DNA from: Octopus vulgaris
Lineage: Eukaryota
Length of the DNA stretch: 64,000 nt
Direction: 5' to 3'
NCBI GenBank assembly: GCA_951406725.2
Contig: OX597836.1
Location: 18,786,001 to 18,850,000 of the forward strand
Position numbers and translations under genes: made by a program. The notes below the pieces were generated by a model, which saw nothing but the letters and a program-made list of their open reading frames with translations, made no database searches and had not been told where the DNA came from. Positions 26,868 to 41,191 of this stretch are shown here, piece by piece (within the stretch, counting starts at the first letter, position 1; every line of letters begins with the position of its first letter).

Positions 26868-27829
26868 CGATAGAGATAAAGAGGAAAAATGAAGAAGGAT
26901 ATATTCATTTATTCTTTTACTTGTTTCAGATATTTAACTGCAGCCATGCTGGAGCACTGCATTTAGTCGAAGAAATCGCTCCCAAAACTTATTCTTTGTC
27001 AGCCTAGTACTTATTCTATCGGACTCTTTTGCCCAACTGCTAGGTTACAGGGACGTAAACACACCAATATAGGTTGTCAAGTGATGGTGGAGAACAAATT
27101 CAGACACACATACATACAGGAATATATATTTCAGACGCACATACACATGTGCGCACACCACTTGAAAAAACACACATCAACTGCTACAAACAACACACAC
27201 ACACACACGTAAGACTCACTCGCCCCCATTCACACATACACACTCACAGACACCATTCTCACACACACACACACAACACACACACACCCACACACACACA
27301 CACACGCTTGCACACCGTAGTTCTTTTGGATCAGCATTATCATTTCCCTTTCATTCAACCTCCTTTTTTTATTATTATCTCCCTTTCTTTCAACCTCTTC
27401 TTTTCTAGTCATCCCGCCGAACTCTACGCAGTTTTTCTACTGAACTCTACACAGTTTTTCTCCGTTTTTGTTTTTTTCATTCTCTCTCCATTTTTTCCTC
27501 ATATATTTCCGTCGATGAGCGTAGGCTCAAGACGTAAGAGACTTTTCCAGTTTTCCCGAGCGTTAAGCTAATACACATGCTTGTTGTTCCTACACTTGTC
27601 TTCATCTTATGTTCCTTTGTAACTTTGAACTATATATATATACGTCAGGCTTCGTTCAGTTCCGTCTACTAAATCCACTCACAAGGCTTTGGTCGGCCTG
27701 AGGCTATAGTACAAGACACTTGCCCAAGGTTCCACGCAATTGACTGAACTCGGCACCATGTGTTTGGGAAGCAAGCTTCTTACCACACAGCCACACAATC
27801 ACACACACACACACACACACATACACACA

Positions 27830-27869
<40 letters not shown>

Positions 27870-28412
27870 AGGTACGATGGATAAAATGTCGCCATTTATA
27901 TTTTTCGCGGAGAAAGAGGCCGAAACAATAACAATTCTGCTTCACTGCCTGAGGAGATAGCACCACCCTCAGCACACAAATCTTTTTCTCTAAAACCTGT
28001 GTAACGATTCCACCAATCTAAAATCCATGAAGAATTTTCAGTCAAATGAATCCACCCTAGTACTTATTATTTATAAAGCCTGATACTTATTCTATATCTC
28101 TCTCTCTTGCCGAACCACTAAGTAACGGGAACGTAAGCACGCCAACACCCAAGCGGTGATGGGGTCAAACACACATACACACCACCACCACCATCACCCC
28201 ACACGCACAAGCACACAGACACACACACATGCATACAAACATATATATATTTATAAATTTTTAAACAAACCCGAAGGTTGTAATAAACGGAGAAGAGCGA
28301 CACACATAGGTCATTTTTAATGAATATTATAATTATGTATTACTTATTTAATATATGCTCCATATATGTTTTGAATGGAGCATATACTAAATAAATAGTA
28401 TATAATTATAGT

Positions 28413-28470
<58 letters not shown>

Positions 28471-29340
28471 TGTGTGTCTGTGTGTGTGTCTGTGTCTGTG
28501 TCTGTGTCTGTGTCTGTGTGTGTGTGTGTGAAGAACTGCTTTCAGATCCACTCACAAGGCTTTGGTTGACCCAAGGCTATAGCAGAAGACACTTGCCCAA
28601 GGTGTGCCATACTGTGAAACTGAACCCGGAACCACATGGTTGGGAAATAAGCCTTTTATCACACAGCCATACCTGTGCTTATAGCTATTTTGGAATGAAA
28701 AATATGAAAAGAAAATATAAAATATTAACGTGTGTGTAATGATTGCTTGGAAAAATTCTTCTGAACGCCTAATGTAATTGGTAGCGCTACAGCAGCTTAT
28801 AGTACGATACAATCATTAATAAATGATCAATACTACCATAAAGTTAATGAATTACAACTGCAATTACAACTACAAAGTGGTATTAATGCACTACATTTAT
28901 GAACTGCATTGGTAAATTAATATGTATCGAGTCACATAATCCTGTAATAATTATAGTATTAACACAATATTAAATTTATTGCTATAGGAATTATATGCAT
29001 GAATTTTAAGAAGTGTAACGACTCATATAATCCTAGAATCATTATAGTTCCTTCGTGATTTGGTTTACCAAGAATCTGTGTCTATAATTTTCAGTCAATG
29101 TACTTAAGAATATGGCTAAGCATATTCCCTTTAATTTGTCCCAAAATTATACTAATTGACCAAAAAAGAGAGTCGTCTTTTATTTTTTTGCTTGTTTCAG
29201 TCATTAGACTAAAGCCATGCTACGGTAGTGACGATTTAGTCGGACAAATCGCCCCTGTACTATTTCTTTAAGTCTGGTACTTTTTCTATCGGCCACTTTT
29301 GCAAAAGTGTTGGTTTGTCTACATCTCTATAACTTCAGGA

Positions 29341-29534
29341 CGCCATGATAGATCGTTAGCTCCTACATGCATTTTTTTTCTCGCCTTGTTTTTTTCTGTG
29401 TCCCTTTCTGTCGAAGAGCGTAGGCTCGAAACGTAAAAGACTTTTTCTATTTCTATTCCTGAGCGCTATACTAATACATTTGTTTGTTTGTACTCCACCT
29501 GCCTTCGTCTTTTGTTTATTTTCGTAAACTTTCC

Positions 29535-29537
<3 letters not shown>
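29341..29537 (+). mobile_element. ~200-bp HHR-bearing element (other copies ~19015-19150 +, ~19213-19413 -, ~27490-27632 +, 47519-47696 -; diverged relative ~26750-26900 -)
   Basis: Direct sequence similarity between copies. Shared 5' start CGCCATGATAGATCGTTAGC at 29341 and 19413. 3' ends abut TA/TG microsatellite. Confidence 0.78.
29404..29439 (+). ncRNA. Minimal hammerhead-like motif, CUGUNGA-A family
   Basis: CTTT-CTGTCGA-A-GAGC gtag GCTC-GAAA-CG-TA-AAAG. Confidence 0.62.
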
Positions 29538-29602
<65 letters not shown>

Positions 29603-29757
29603 GCAAGAGCAGGAAGAAATTCCCATGGAAGTATTCTGTGAAATATTCTGTACCAAAAGTAATAGAATCCCTTAGAGCCAGCATGAGCAAAACAAAGCAG
29701 ACCGAACACTCAGAGATAATGCCCAACCGAAAGAGCTACTATGTATATTCATATGTG

Positions 29758-29824
<67 letters not shown>

Positions 29825-29832
29825 AGAGAGAG

Positions 29833-29893
<61 letters not shown>

Positions 29894-29896
29894 TAC

Positions 29897-29943
<47 letters not shown>

Positions 29944-30178
29944 ACTAAATATATATATATAAGGATAATAATTGTAGGGAATATAATTCCAAAACTTATA
30001 GGGAAAAATTCAATTTAACAATTTTAAATCAAATTTTACACTATACAATATATGTATATAATTTAGAGAAAAACCACTATTAAACAATTCAACAAGAAAA
30101 GATGCTATTCACACCATATAGAAAACATATGCTATAAAAAAATCAATAAAGTATAATAAATAGGAAACAGTAGTAAAA

Positions 30179-30294
30179 AGACTACGCACGTTTCATGGCT
30201 ATATTTTCAAATAGATAATAATAATAAAATCAATTCAATTCAAAATTAAATCGAACTAAAATTCTATTTAAAAATATAGTCACTCATCAGGTCT
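30179..30294 (-). ncRNA. Type I hammerhead with ~20-bp stem II, abutting a PLE RT fragment
   Basis: Minus strand: AGAC-CTGATGA-GTGACTATATTTTTAAATAGA...TCTATTTGAAAATATAGCCAT-GAAA-CGTGCG-TA-GTCT. 4-bp stem I, GUA site. Confidence 0.75.
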
Positions 30295-30302
30295 AAGATT
30301 TA

Positions 30303-31050
30303 GTGGATATTTATTTATTATCGGAATTTCAATTAGAAAAATTAAAGTTGGAGGGTGGTCTATATAGGGATGACCTTAAGCAGAAACTATATAGTTTTTT
30401 TAAAAGATATGAATTGAGTATTACTATATATAATCAGAACTATAATGTTAATTATTTAGATGCTAATTTTAATTTAATAACAAGTAAAACCCAACCACTC
30501 CATAAAATTAATGAAAACCTTAGATATATTAATGCTAATAGTAATCCTCCACCTTCTATTAAGAAATCATTGATAGATAATACAGGTTAAAGAATATCGT
30601 TGCTTTCTTCTAATTTTGAGATTTTCCTAAACACGTGCCTTATTATAATGAAGCCCTGCGAGAGGCGGGATATAATAATAATAATAAATTCTTTAATAAT
30701 TCTAAATATGATTATAATATAAAAGATTATATAAGATTATATTATAAAAGATTATATATATATAATATAAATGATTCCTATATTTTTTATATTAATAAAC
30801 CTAGCATTAAGAATTATGATACGTTTTATTTAGGTAATTATGGTATTAATAATATGTATTATGATAATACAAAACATAAATATAATAATAGACTAAAAAT
30901 AAGATTAAATTTAATTCATTTAATGATAATAATAAATTTAATAATATGAAAAATAAATATAATAATATTAGTAATAAGAGCATAATTTGATTAATTATTC
31001 CTTATGGAACTCAAGTTAAAACAAACATTATTAAAGAGATTTTAACTATT
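30303..31050 (+). mobile_element. Penelope-like retroelement RT/thumb fragment (frameshifted, with stops)
   Basis: GLYRDD, VNYLDANFNL, YINANSNPPPSIKK, RISLLSSN, PYYNEALREAGY and IIxxIIPYGTQVKTNI motifs typical of PLE RTs. Confidence 0.8.
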
Positions 31051-31623
31051 ATTGAAGGAGGCGTCGTACTTTCGCGCAGCAGATACATATATACATACAT
31101 ATATGACGGGTTTCTATCAGTTTCCACCAATCAAATTCCCTCGCAAGGCATTGGTCAGGCCGGCTGTATGATAGAAGACACTTGACTATGCAGTGGGACT
31201 AAACCCGAAACCACGTCGCTCCAAAGCGAGCTACTTAACTATACAACCAGGCTCGCGCTTATGCATTGATATAAATTTTCAAATAAAATACGTTGTAGTG
31301 GAATGTAGACACCAATTTACTTTTAAAGGGTACCTAAAAGGAGCCCGAATCTTAAAAGAATTAGTGGAGCGTAAGCCTGAAAAGTACTCTAGTCAGTAAC
31401 ATTTTAGCCGAATCTGGAAACCCTGTGTGCGCGTACACATGTGTAAAGTGTGTGTGTTTGTGAGTGAGTGTGTAATGTGCATGTGTGTGTGTGTATATAT
31501 ATATATCTATATGATTTGACGTGGTCTCATAGTTCAGTGCCTCAGTAACATTGGTGTCTCTGATAGACATACAGATAGATGACTGACGGACGGATGGATG
31601 CATGCATAGATAGACAGACAGAG

Positions 31624-32110
<487 letters not shown>

Positions 32111-33104
32111 TGATAGATGGATAGATGGATAAAGTGACATAAGCGCAGATGTGCAGACCCTCAGACACGCGAGTACACATATACACACATATGCACAAAC
32201 ACGCACGCACACATATACATACATATACATATACACTCAGACACATGCACATATACACATGCAACGCGTTCGCCATCGCTATATGAAGAAAATGCCAGAA
32301 CTTAAGAAAGTTTTATATTTATCATCCTTTTTCCATCTTAAAATTTCATAAAAGCTAATCGCTTGATCTCAGGTATTTCACAAACCAACAATGAAAACAT
32401 TAAAATATTCCTTCATTTTTTTTTCTTTCTTTTTATCTTTTATTTTCCTTTTACTTATTTCCTTTTCACTTTTCCTTTTATATTTTTACATTTACGGTTT
32501 TTCTTCACTTTCGCTTTCTTACACAAAATGAAGCTTGCAAATCGCCATTTTGGAACGTTTCTCTAGCTTGACGGTTTTTCAATAAAGCTAGCGATAGCAA
32601 CGTAACAAGCTCTATACTAAATATAGGTTGAGCGAATGCCAAAAGGAAATTCGTATTTTTAAATCAATTTATCCTATTCTTTCTATCTTTCTTTCCTTTT
32701 CTCTTCTTTTTGTTCGTCATTTCTTTCCCCCCTTTTAATATCTTCGAGATAAGTTGTCTAGATATTAAGATAAAATGGTTTGGGTCCTAATTATTTCATG
32801 ATTACTTCTCATTTACGTAGTCTCCTGCAAAAAGCCTCGAGTAGGTGTTCTGTCTAATATTTTATTTTATCTCATTTTATTTTATTTTTTTACTTTTTCC
32901 CTCGGGTTTTATTTAATCGTTAATCTAATGTGAGCTACCAAGAAATTGTGGTGGGGTATCGCCTTTTTTTAGTTTCTCTTTGTGTGATGTCTTCCTTACA
33001 TTACGCCGCGATCACTAGAGTTCTCTTTTATTATATTCGTAATGCTTTCGTTCTTCGCTGGATTATGTATATATACATGCACAGACACACCACGCACACA
33101 CACA

Positions 33105-33153
<49 letters not shown>

Positions 33154-33754
33154 GCATAATCCGTTTTTAACAGTTAAGTCGAAGTCGATAAGACGATGAA
33201 TTATTTCACGGTCTCTCGAAGTTTCTACATTCTTATGATGTAAGTAGCATATATATATGGGTAGTAGCATGCGTATCTATTTTATACACATACATTAATA
33301 ATATATACATATGTATACACCCAGTGGAGGCGCGTGTGACTTAATGGTTATGTTGGGCTCATGATCGTAAGATTGTGGTTTCGATTCCTCGACCGGGTGA
33401 TACATTTTGTTCTTGAGCAAAATACTTCACTTCTCCAGTCTACTAGGCTGGCAAAAGTGAGTACCCTTGCAACAGTCCGGCGTCCCGTCCAGGTGAGAAT
33501 ATATTCGCCATGGAAACCGAGAAACCGGCCCCTGTTACCCTATATGACACAGAAAAGACCTTTACTCTTTTATCTTTTATGTGTACATGCATGCACACAC
33601 ACACGCACACACATACACACACACACACACACATATGGCTCTCGTTCGATTTAGATGATGACTACTCAGTTGTTTGATTTACTAAGCATTCTGCTTATTG
33701 ACAATACATGCATATATAAACACAGCGATATATTTATAGATACATGTTTATGGT

Positions 33755-33945
33755 TTTGTTTACGGTCCATTCAAGTAGTGAGTTGTATCCAGGTATGGGT
33801 GGCTTATCCGGTATTCCTTGAAGAAATCTGTCCAGACTCCGTTTAAAGTTGATGGGATCCTTTTCTTCTTTGATCTCTTTCGGGACAATGTTAAGCAGGG
33901 CAGGGCCTGTTGAGGAAAAGAAATTATGTTGCTGTGATCCTGAAT
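33755..33945 (-). mobile_element. CR1/L2-like LINE ORF2 C-terminal fragment
   Basis: [19 protein letters not shown]...FKRSLDRFL is a typical LINE RT C-terminus. Confidence 0.55.
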
Positions 33946-33965
33946 TGGATATATATATATATATT

Positions 33966-34097
<132 letters not shown>

Positions 34098-34572
34098 ATA
34101 TATGCTAATTCTTTCATTTGAGACTTGCTGATTGTGTGTTCCTGCTTTTGCCTCATTATTATACCATCTCGACTGATATATTGAACTTAAATTAGTCTTA
34201 TGAAGTTTTCAAGTTCATAAAAATATATTTTGTAAATCGAGTGATGCCCTAAATATGTGTTGTATGTGTATGTTGTATATATATATCTGTGTAATTTAGA
34301 ATTGCAGTGTTCCTGGAAGTATATGGCTGTTGTGCATATACTGTGCTTATAATTAATATCTAAAATTTATCCTGGCTGGATTCGTAATAAGGTGGATACT
34401 GGATCATTTTCTCTGTTCGATACTGTCGTGTGTGTGTGTGTATGCGTGTGTGTGCCTCTGTGTGTGTATGCGTGTGTGTGTGTGTGTGTGTGTGTGTTTG
34501 TGGGTGTATGTGGACATATGTATGTATCTGTATACATGTGTATATGTATTTATTGTAATATTTCTGTTCTAG

Positions 34573-34689
34573 ATGCACGATGAATTTGGTAAAGTGGCCC
34601 ACAAGATGCCAATCCACATCGTAGAACCGGTGGAAAAGATGATAAACCGAGATATCAGATACAGACCAACAGCTCAGGCCTTCGCTCTC
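34573..34689 (+). CDS. SCYL2: SCYL2-like exon (MHDEFGKVAHKMPIHIVEPVEKMINRDIRYRPTAQAFAL), absent from the ORF track
   Basis: ttctag acceptor, CTC|gtgagt donor, 117 nt. Kinase subdomain XI RPTA motif, in frame with both neighbours. Confidence 0.85.
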
Positions 34690-34894
34690 GTGAGTCTCTT
34701 TCTTTTTCTATTGTTATTCATTGAATGTGGCAGTGGTGGTCGTGGCTAGAAGCGATATGCTGATAATGATGATAGGAGGAAGAAGAACAGATGGTAGAGG
34801 AGGAAAAGGAGGGAAAAGAGGAAAATGAGGAGGAGGAGGAGCAAGAGCAGGAGGAAGTGAAAGAGGTGTAGAACGGGAACGACGATAAAAACGT

Positions 34895-35007
34895 TGATGA
34901 TAATGACGATGACAACGACGATGGTGATGATGATGATGATGACGACGACGACGACGACGACGACGATGATTATGATGATTATGATGATGATGATGATGAT
35001 GATGATA

Positions 35008-35040
<33 letters not shown>

Positions 35041-35405
35041 GTGGTGGTGATGGTGGTGGTGGTGGTGGTGGTGGTGATGTTGATGATGATGATGATGAAT
35101 ACACCGCGACGATGACGTTCATAATGATGTTGGCGATGACATCGATGAAGAAGACACCGACAATAACGGTCATGTTGGTTTATGATCATGTCAGCGACCA
35201 CCGCAAAGAGAACGATAATAATGTCGATGACTACAACGATGATGACAAAGACGACGCTGATGATAATGATGATGATGATGATGATGATGACGACGACGAC
35301 GACTACGACGACGGTGCTGCTGCTGCTGCTGCTGATAATGATGATGATGATGATGATGATGACGACGGTGCTGCTGATGATGATGATGACGACGATGACG
35401 GTGCT

Positions 35406-35436
<31 letters not shown>

Positions 35437-35618
35437 ATGATGATGACGACAACGACGGTGCTGATGATGATGATGATGACGACGACGGTGCTGATGATGA
35501 TGATGATGATGATGTTGATGATGATGACAGCAACGACGATGACAACGATCAAGATGACGACCACGAACGACTACAACGCTCACGATAACATCGGCAACAA
35601 TGACGACGATGTTCGATG
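34895..35618. repeat. Compound GAT/GAC/GGT/GCT trinucleotide array with a higher-order unit
   Basis: GACGACGGTGCT(GCT)n(GAT)n recurs about 5 times at 35305-35520. Confidence 0.9.
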
Positions 35619-36103
35619 AAAGCATTTATTTATTAAGCAGCAAGAAATTATGGAATCCCTCCTAAACAAGCAATTAATCAGTCAAGCAACGAAGCAGTTA
35701 ATTGAGCAAGCAGCTGAGCATAAAAAGTGATTTCCATAACTGATATTGTCTGCGTAATAATGATGGAACAGCGAGAGAGAGAGAGAAAGGAGGAGGAGGA
35801 GGAGGAGGAGGGGGTGGAGGAAGGGAGAAACGGTAACAAATGTGAAGCTGCAACAAGGTGACATGCTTGGTCTGCTTCTATTTTTTTTTTCTGAATATTC
35901 CAATTAATAACCTAAGTTTAGGTTCCGACCTGAAGTTGGGGGCGGCGGTGATGTGATGATGATGGGGAAGAGGAGGAGGAGGAGGAGGAGAAAGAGAGGA
36001 GGAGGAGAAAGAGAGGAGGAGGACGACAAACAACAAAAAACGTTGACGTGAACGACCAATGACGACGGCAACGACATTTACGCTAATTGTAATTACAACA
36101 GCA

Positions 36104-36727
<624 letters not shown>

Positions 36728-36943
36728 TACTGTCTATGTAATCTCAAGTTTTAAAACACAATTTTCGTATGTCTTTTTTGCTTTGTTTTTTTTAGACATT
36801 CACTAGTACAACACTAAATACAAAACCAAATATATGGCACACTAGGCATAACAGCAACATGAACTTCCAACCTGTTATCTCTTGAGGCCTCTGGGTGAGA
36901 CTTGGAGCCAACTTGTACAAATATAAAGCAAAAGTCAAACATA

Positions 36944-37008
<65 letters not shown>

Positions 37009-37231
37009 CGTGTTAACTGGGACGGCTCATGTACTGAGAAGAGCATTATCGCTGTGAAAACAACATCCATTCATGAATTTATTTATTCAGGAATTTTTTT
37101 AAATACATATTTTACCTGTGAATTTGCGTGTGTAATCTGGGAATGCCTACAATGAGCTTCTCTGCCCTAGGTGTACGGAAAACACTCGGCGAGAAACGGA
37201 AGAAAATTTGAAGAAAGAAGGAAAAATAATG

Positions 37232-37311
<80 letters not shown>

Positions 37312-38163
37312 TGGAGCATTTTCCCTGATAGAAAAAAAGCATATGATCAACAACGTAGATGCTGTACTTAGATCCTCAACATTACACATTTTCCCAAAAA
37401 TATCCCTGCTAGGAACAGCCCACATCCTAGGCAACACACTATCAATTCAATAATACAACCCATAGAAAACAATCCACACGCACAAGACACTCTATGTAGT
37501 AAATGTCCAATAAAATAAGCTACCACCAGCAGCCTAGATAACCAATGCATTACACGCACAACACTAATACAACAAAAGACTTCACCATAAAAGAAAAGAA
37601 ACTGACGCAATACAGTACCGGAAAGACTTTTCAAACTCCCAACAACAAACAAAAAAAGAACACCGTGGCAGACACCCTAGGAACACGGAAGTGTAGCAGG
37701 TGATGCAGTAGAAATTTGCCTGAAACTACCAAACGTTAAATAATAACGGTAATAATAGCGAATCTTTTTTAAGTATGTTAAACTCCATACTTAACAAAAA
37801 AGATTATTGATCGGAAGACCAGAAAGGTGACAACATATATTTAACAGACAGATGAGCCTGTAAAAATGTTATATGGTATTACTGTTCAAGCAGATAGATT
37901 GATAGAACAGCGTCTAATCGGGTACCGATGTTGTTGAGAAAGTAGCTTGCTGGGAGGAGCTGTTACTAATATTCAATCTATTGAAAAATCTTTAAAATTT
38001 TTGTGAGCTTATGTAAGTGTATGTATTAGTAGTTATGTGCGTCTGTGCATTTATATATACGTATGTATGTGTGCTTGCTTATGTAAACTGACGATACACA
38101 GTATTGAACCACTTATCCGGCTCCCAAGAAACCGGAAATGCTCTGCAATATCATGCGATATAT

Positions 38164-38395
38164 ATTTATTTACTACCCAGAAGGGGCTAAACACAGAGGG
38201 GACAAACAAGGAAAGACAAAGGGATTAAGTCGATTACATCGACCCCAGTGCGTAACTGGTACTTAATTTATCGACCCCGAAATGATGAAAAGCAAAGTCG
38301 ACCTCGGCGGAATTTGAACTCAGAACGTAGCGGCAGACGAAATACGGCTACGCATTTCGCCTGGCGTGCTAACGTTTCTGCCAGCTCGCCGCCTT
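38164..38395 (-). mobile_element. tRNA-headed SINE family 1, full copy with TSD (other copies ~11632, 19987, 44218, 47905, 60095, 62663)
   Basis: A/B-box-like head (GAGCTGGCAGAA...GAGTTCAAATTCC). Central GC(C/T)TTTCATC...GGGGTCGATAAA resembles the MetaSINE-type domain. 23-bp TSD at 38141-38163 and 38397-38419. Confidence 0.85.
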
Positions 38396-38699
38396 ACTCT
38401 GCAATATCATGCAATATATTGTTTTGAGTAAAGAGGCCCTGTTTTTTGTATTGGGCTAAATTTGCATACGTTAAAAGTAGTTCTAATCTTTACTTTTTCT
38501 AGGTGGATTGATAATGATTTAACATTCTCTGCTTTAGAAGTGTATTCATTTTTACTTGTATCTCTTTGCTTTTCTTCGGTTAAGTTTCATCCTATAATCA
38601 TTATACTGTCTAAATGATACAGTGTGAAATATTTAAAAAAAACTTTAAGCGGATCAATAAATATCAAACAGATCCTTCTACAAAAATGTATGAATTTGA

Positions 38700-39137
38700 A
38701 TCTATTTTGTCTGGCGAATGTTTCAAAAAAAGATGGGTGAATGTCGCAAGGATGGCACGTATGAATGACGAAGCCACCTTGAGCATAATCCTATGAACCC
38801 GGAAAATTTAAAACAGAGGGTTACCTACTTCCAAACAAATGTGGTAACATGTAACATCATTGACCAAGGTTACTGTGGTCTTTTCCGTAGGCTTTTCTTC
38901 CCACGGATAAAGCTTACCTGCTTCCCCCTTTACACTTTACACCATGACACTGTGATATATGATCCCTATTGATCGTTTTTTTTTCCTTTTTTCCCCTTTT
39001 TTTTCTTCTTTCCCTTTTACGATCCCTTTTGATCGAAAACCTAACCCACCTTTTTTTTCTCTCCCCCATAAAGAAAAGTTCTACTTTGTAATCTGTCCCA
39101 TCTGTGTGCAGCCCTCTGTGTGTAATAAAGAAACATA
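38700..39137 (+). mobile_element. LINE ORF2 C-terminus and 3' UTR (probably L1/Tx1-like)
   Basis: ECFKKRWVNVARMAR ends at a stop, followed by a pyrimidine-rich UTR ending agccctctgtgtgtaataaagaaac. Confidence 0.5.
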
Positions 39138-39280
39138 ATTTGAATCTATTTTCTATAATATATTTTATATTTAAAATATATATTTAGGATGTCGCCAGAA
39201 AACGAAAAAATCCAGAAATCCGCGATACGTCTGGCCCCAAGCTTGCCAAATAATGATAAACTTTTTCTCTCTCCCCCCTC

Positions 39281-39330
<50 letters not shown>

Positions 39331-39355
39331 ATCCCCGCTACTCGTCTATTTTCAG

Positions 39356-39481
39356 ATGCGATACTTTCACGATCCTATTATTACGTGTCTGCAATGCTTG
39401 GATTTAATAGAATTACAGGATGCTACACAGAAATCTGAAGTTTATGCGAGTCTAGTTCATATTCTTCCAACTATACCAAAG
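39356..39481 (+). CDS. SCYL2: SCYL2-like exon (MRYFHDPIITCLQCLDLIELQDATQKSEVYASLVHILPTIPK), start of the HEAT region
   Basis: ttttcag acceptor, AAG|gtaatc donor, 126 nt. Resembles SCYL2 FFDD...LQYFD...QKSQFFKGLPKVLPKLPK. Confidence 0.88.
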
Positions 39482-39924
39482 GTAATCTTTTTCCCAGTTT
39501 TTATTTGTTTATTTCGAAACCCAGTTTCGCATGATTTCTTTCGTGTCATCTTTGCAGCAGATATACTTTTACAGCCTAAACCGAGAGGTTCAAAGATCAA
39601 TTTCCAATTTTTTTTGTTTGCTTTGAATAGTTATTCTTTTTTTTTTTTGTATCACTACACAGTCATTATGCCAATAATAAACACACGCACTATTTCTAGT
39701 TTTCCTTCCTTATTATTCATCGACTGTTTAACTATTTAACCAACTAAATCATTGATTATTTGATTAATCATTCGGTTGAGCAATCAATAGGATACGTTTT
39801 CCAAAATTCCTTCGTCGCTATTTGTGATCCCGACCAAGAGAAGAGTGTATGTTATTGATGAAGTCGAGAAGAGCGACGAAAAATAACTTTGACAAGCATA
39901 ATTGACTGATTTATTAACTAAATC

Positions 39925-40420
39925 CTTTTGATATGGCCAGGCTCCAGGCACAGGTGACACTTGGTGGGGGACGTCCCTCAAGCATCACCAGATACCTAGA
40001 TCCGGCCATCCTCATAAAGTCTGGAAAGACCAGACTTTCGGCTGATTGGGTCCATAGGGTCAAAACAGCTTTTGACCCCTCCCAATCAGCCGCGGGCAAA
40101 ATTTTCACTTTAAGCAGCTTGGTATTGCTACCACCCAGACCCCGGCGGATAGAGTCCTCTATCCACTCGGGCTCAATTCCGGGTGGAAAACCGCAGACGC
40201 AAGCCCTCTTTAACTTCTTCCCACAATAACTAGGAAGAAACATTATTTCCTTCCCCTCGAGGAGCCGGCTTGCAAAATCGCAAGCTTCTTTGGGGGAGTC
40301 AATTAGCAACCAGACCGTTGCAAACTTGACTCCCCGTGAAATAAATTTAATAACTGGCATGTAATCTGCCAGCTCCTTCAAAATTGTGGCTAGCTTCTTA
40401 CCACACAGCCTCACCTGTGC
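39925..40420 (-). mobile_element. LINE ORF1/gag-like fragment (L1/Tx1-like)
   Basis: 166-aa non-repetitive ORF; after a frameshift CHLCLEPGHIKKD forms a zinc-knuckle-like motif. Confidence 0.55.
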
Positions 40421-41191
40421 CTGTGTACTAATCCATGAGCAGGGACTTCAAATTCCCACGGCCGCCAAACTAGTACCTCGTACAGACTAGTATTCTACAC
40501 AGTACAGTATTAATAAATTTATATCATTTACACTAAATTCCAGATAACTGTATTTCAATTTAATTACAGTGTAACAAAATTTTTGTTTCTTTTTGGCTTA
40601 GATCAGTAAGTTTTATTTCCTCTTTGCTTCTATCAAAGGAAGTGACTACTATTCCCTTCAAACTTTGCTTTTCTGACGTGGACATCAATGTTTTAAAACT
40701 GACGTATTTTCCCATTACATCTCAGACAGATTCGGCGCTGAGTATCACAGATTGATTTGTCAGTTGCTCGACCTTAACCACTTAAGCACGTCTCTTAGTG
40801 GCTGACAATATATGCATTTCTGATCATGAGCAGGAGTAGTGAGGTGGAGGGAATTATAACCATGTGTTGAGAGGGGTTCTTTGGGGTTTGAATAAATATA
40901 ACAAAAGCAAAGTTTGAAGGAAATATTAACAATGTTTCATGCTTTCTATGGGTGAATAAACAGAAAGTAATAATTGCTAACCAAGGACAGAAAGTGTGTT
41001 ATACAATGTTATTTAAGAAACTTTTATATATGCATAACTTAGTGCGTGTTGACCAAAGTGGCCACTCCTAATTCGAATAAATCAGTAATCTGGAGAGGCT
41101 TTGGAACGAAGGATTTTGGAAAATCTATTTTGTACAAAAATCTCAATAACCCCTGCTTTCTAATTCTTAGTCCTTTTTTCTCTAATTTCAG

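Noticed and set aside
35112-35588. Asp/Ala-rich 158-aa ORF resembling an acidic biomineral protein
   Set aside because: It lies in a compound trinucleotide array open in several frames on both strands, inside a SCYL2 intron, with no signal peptide or exon context.
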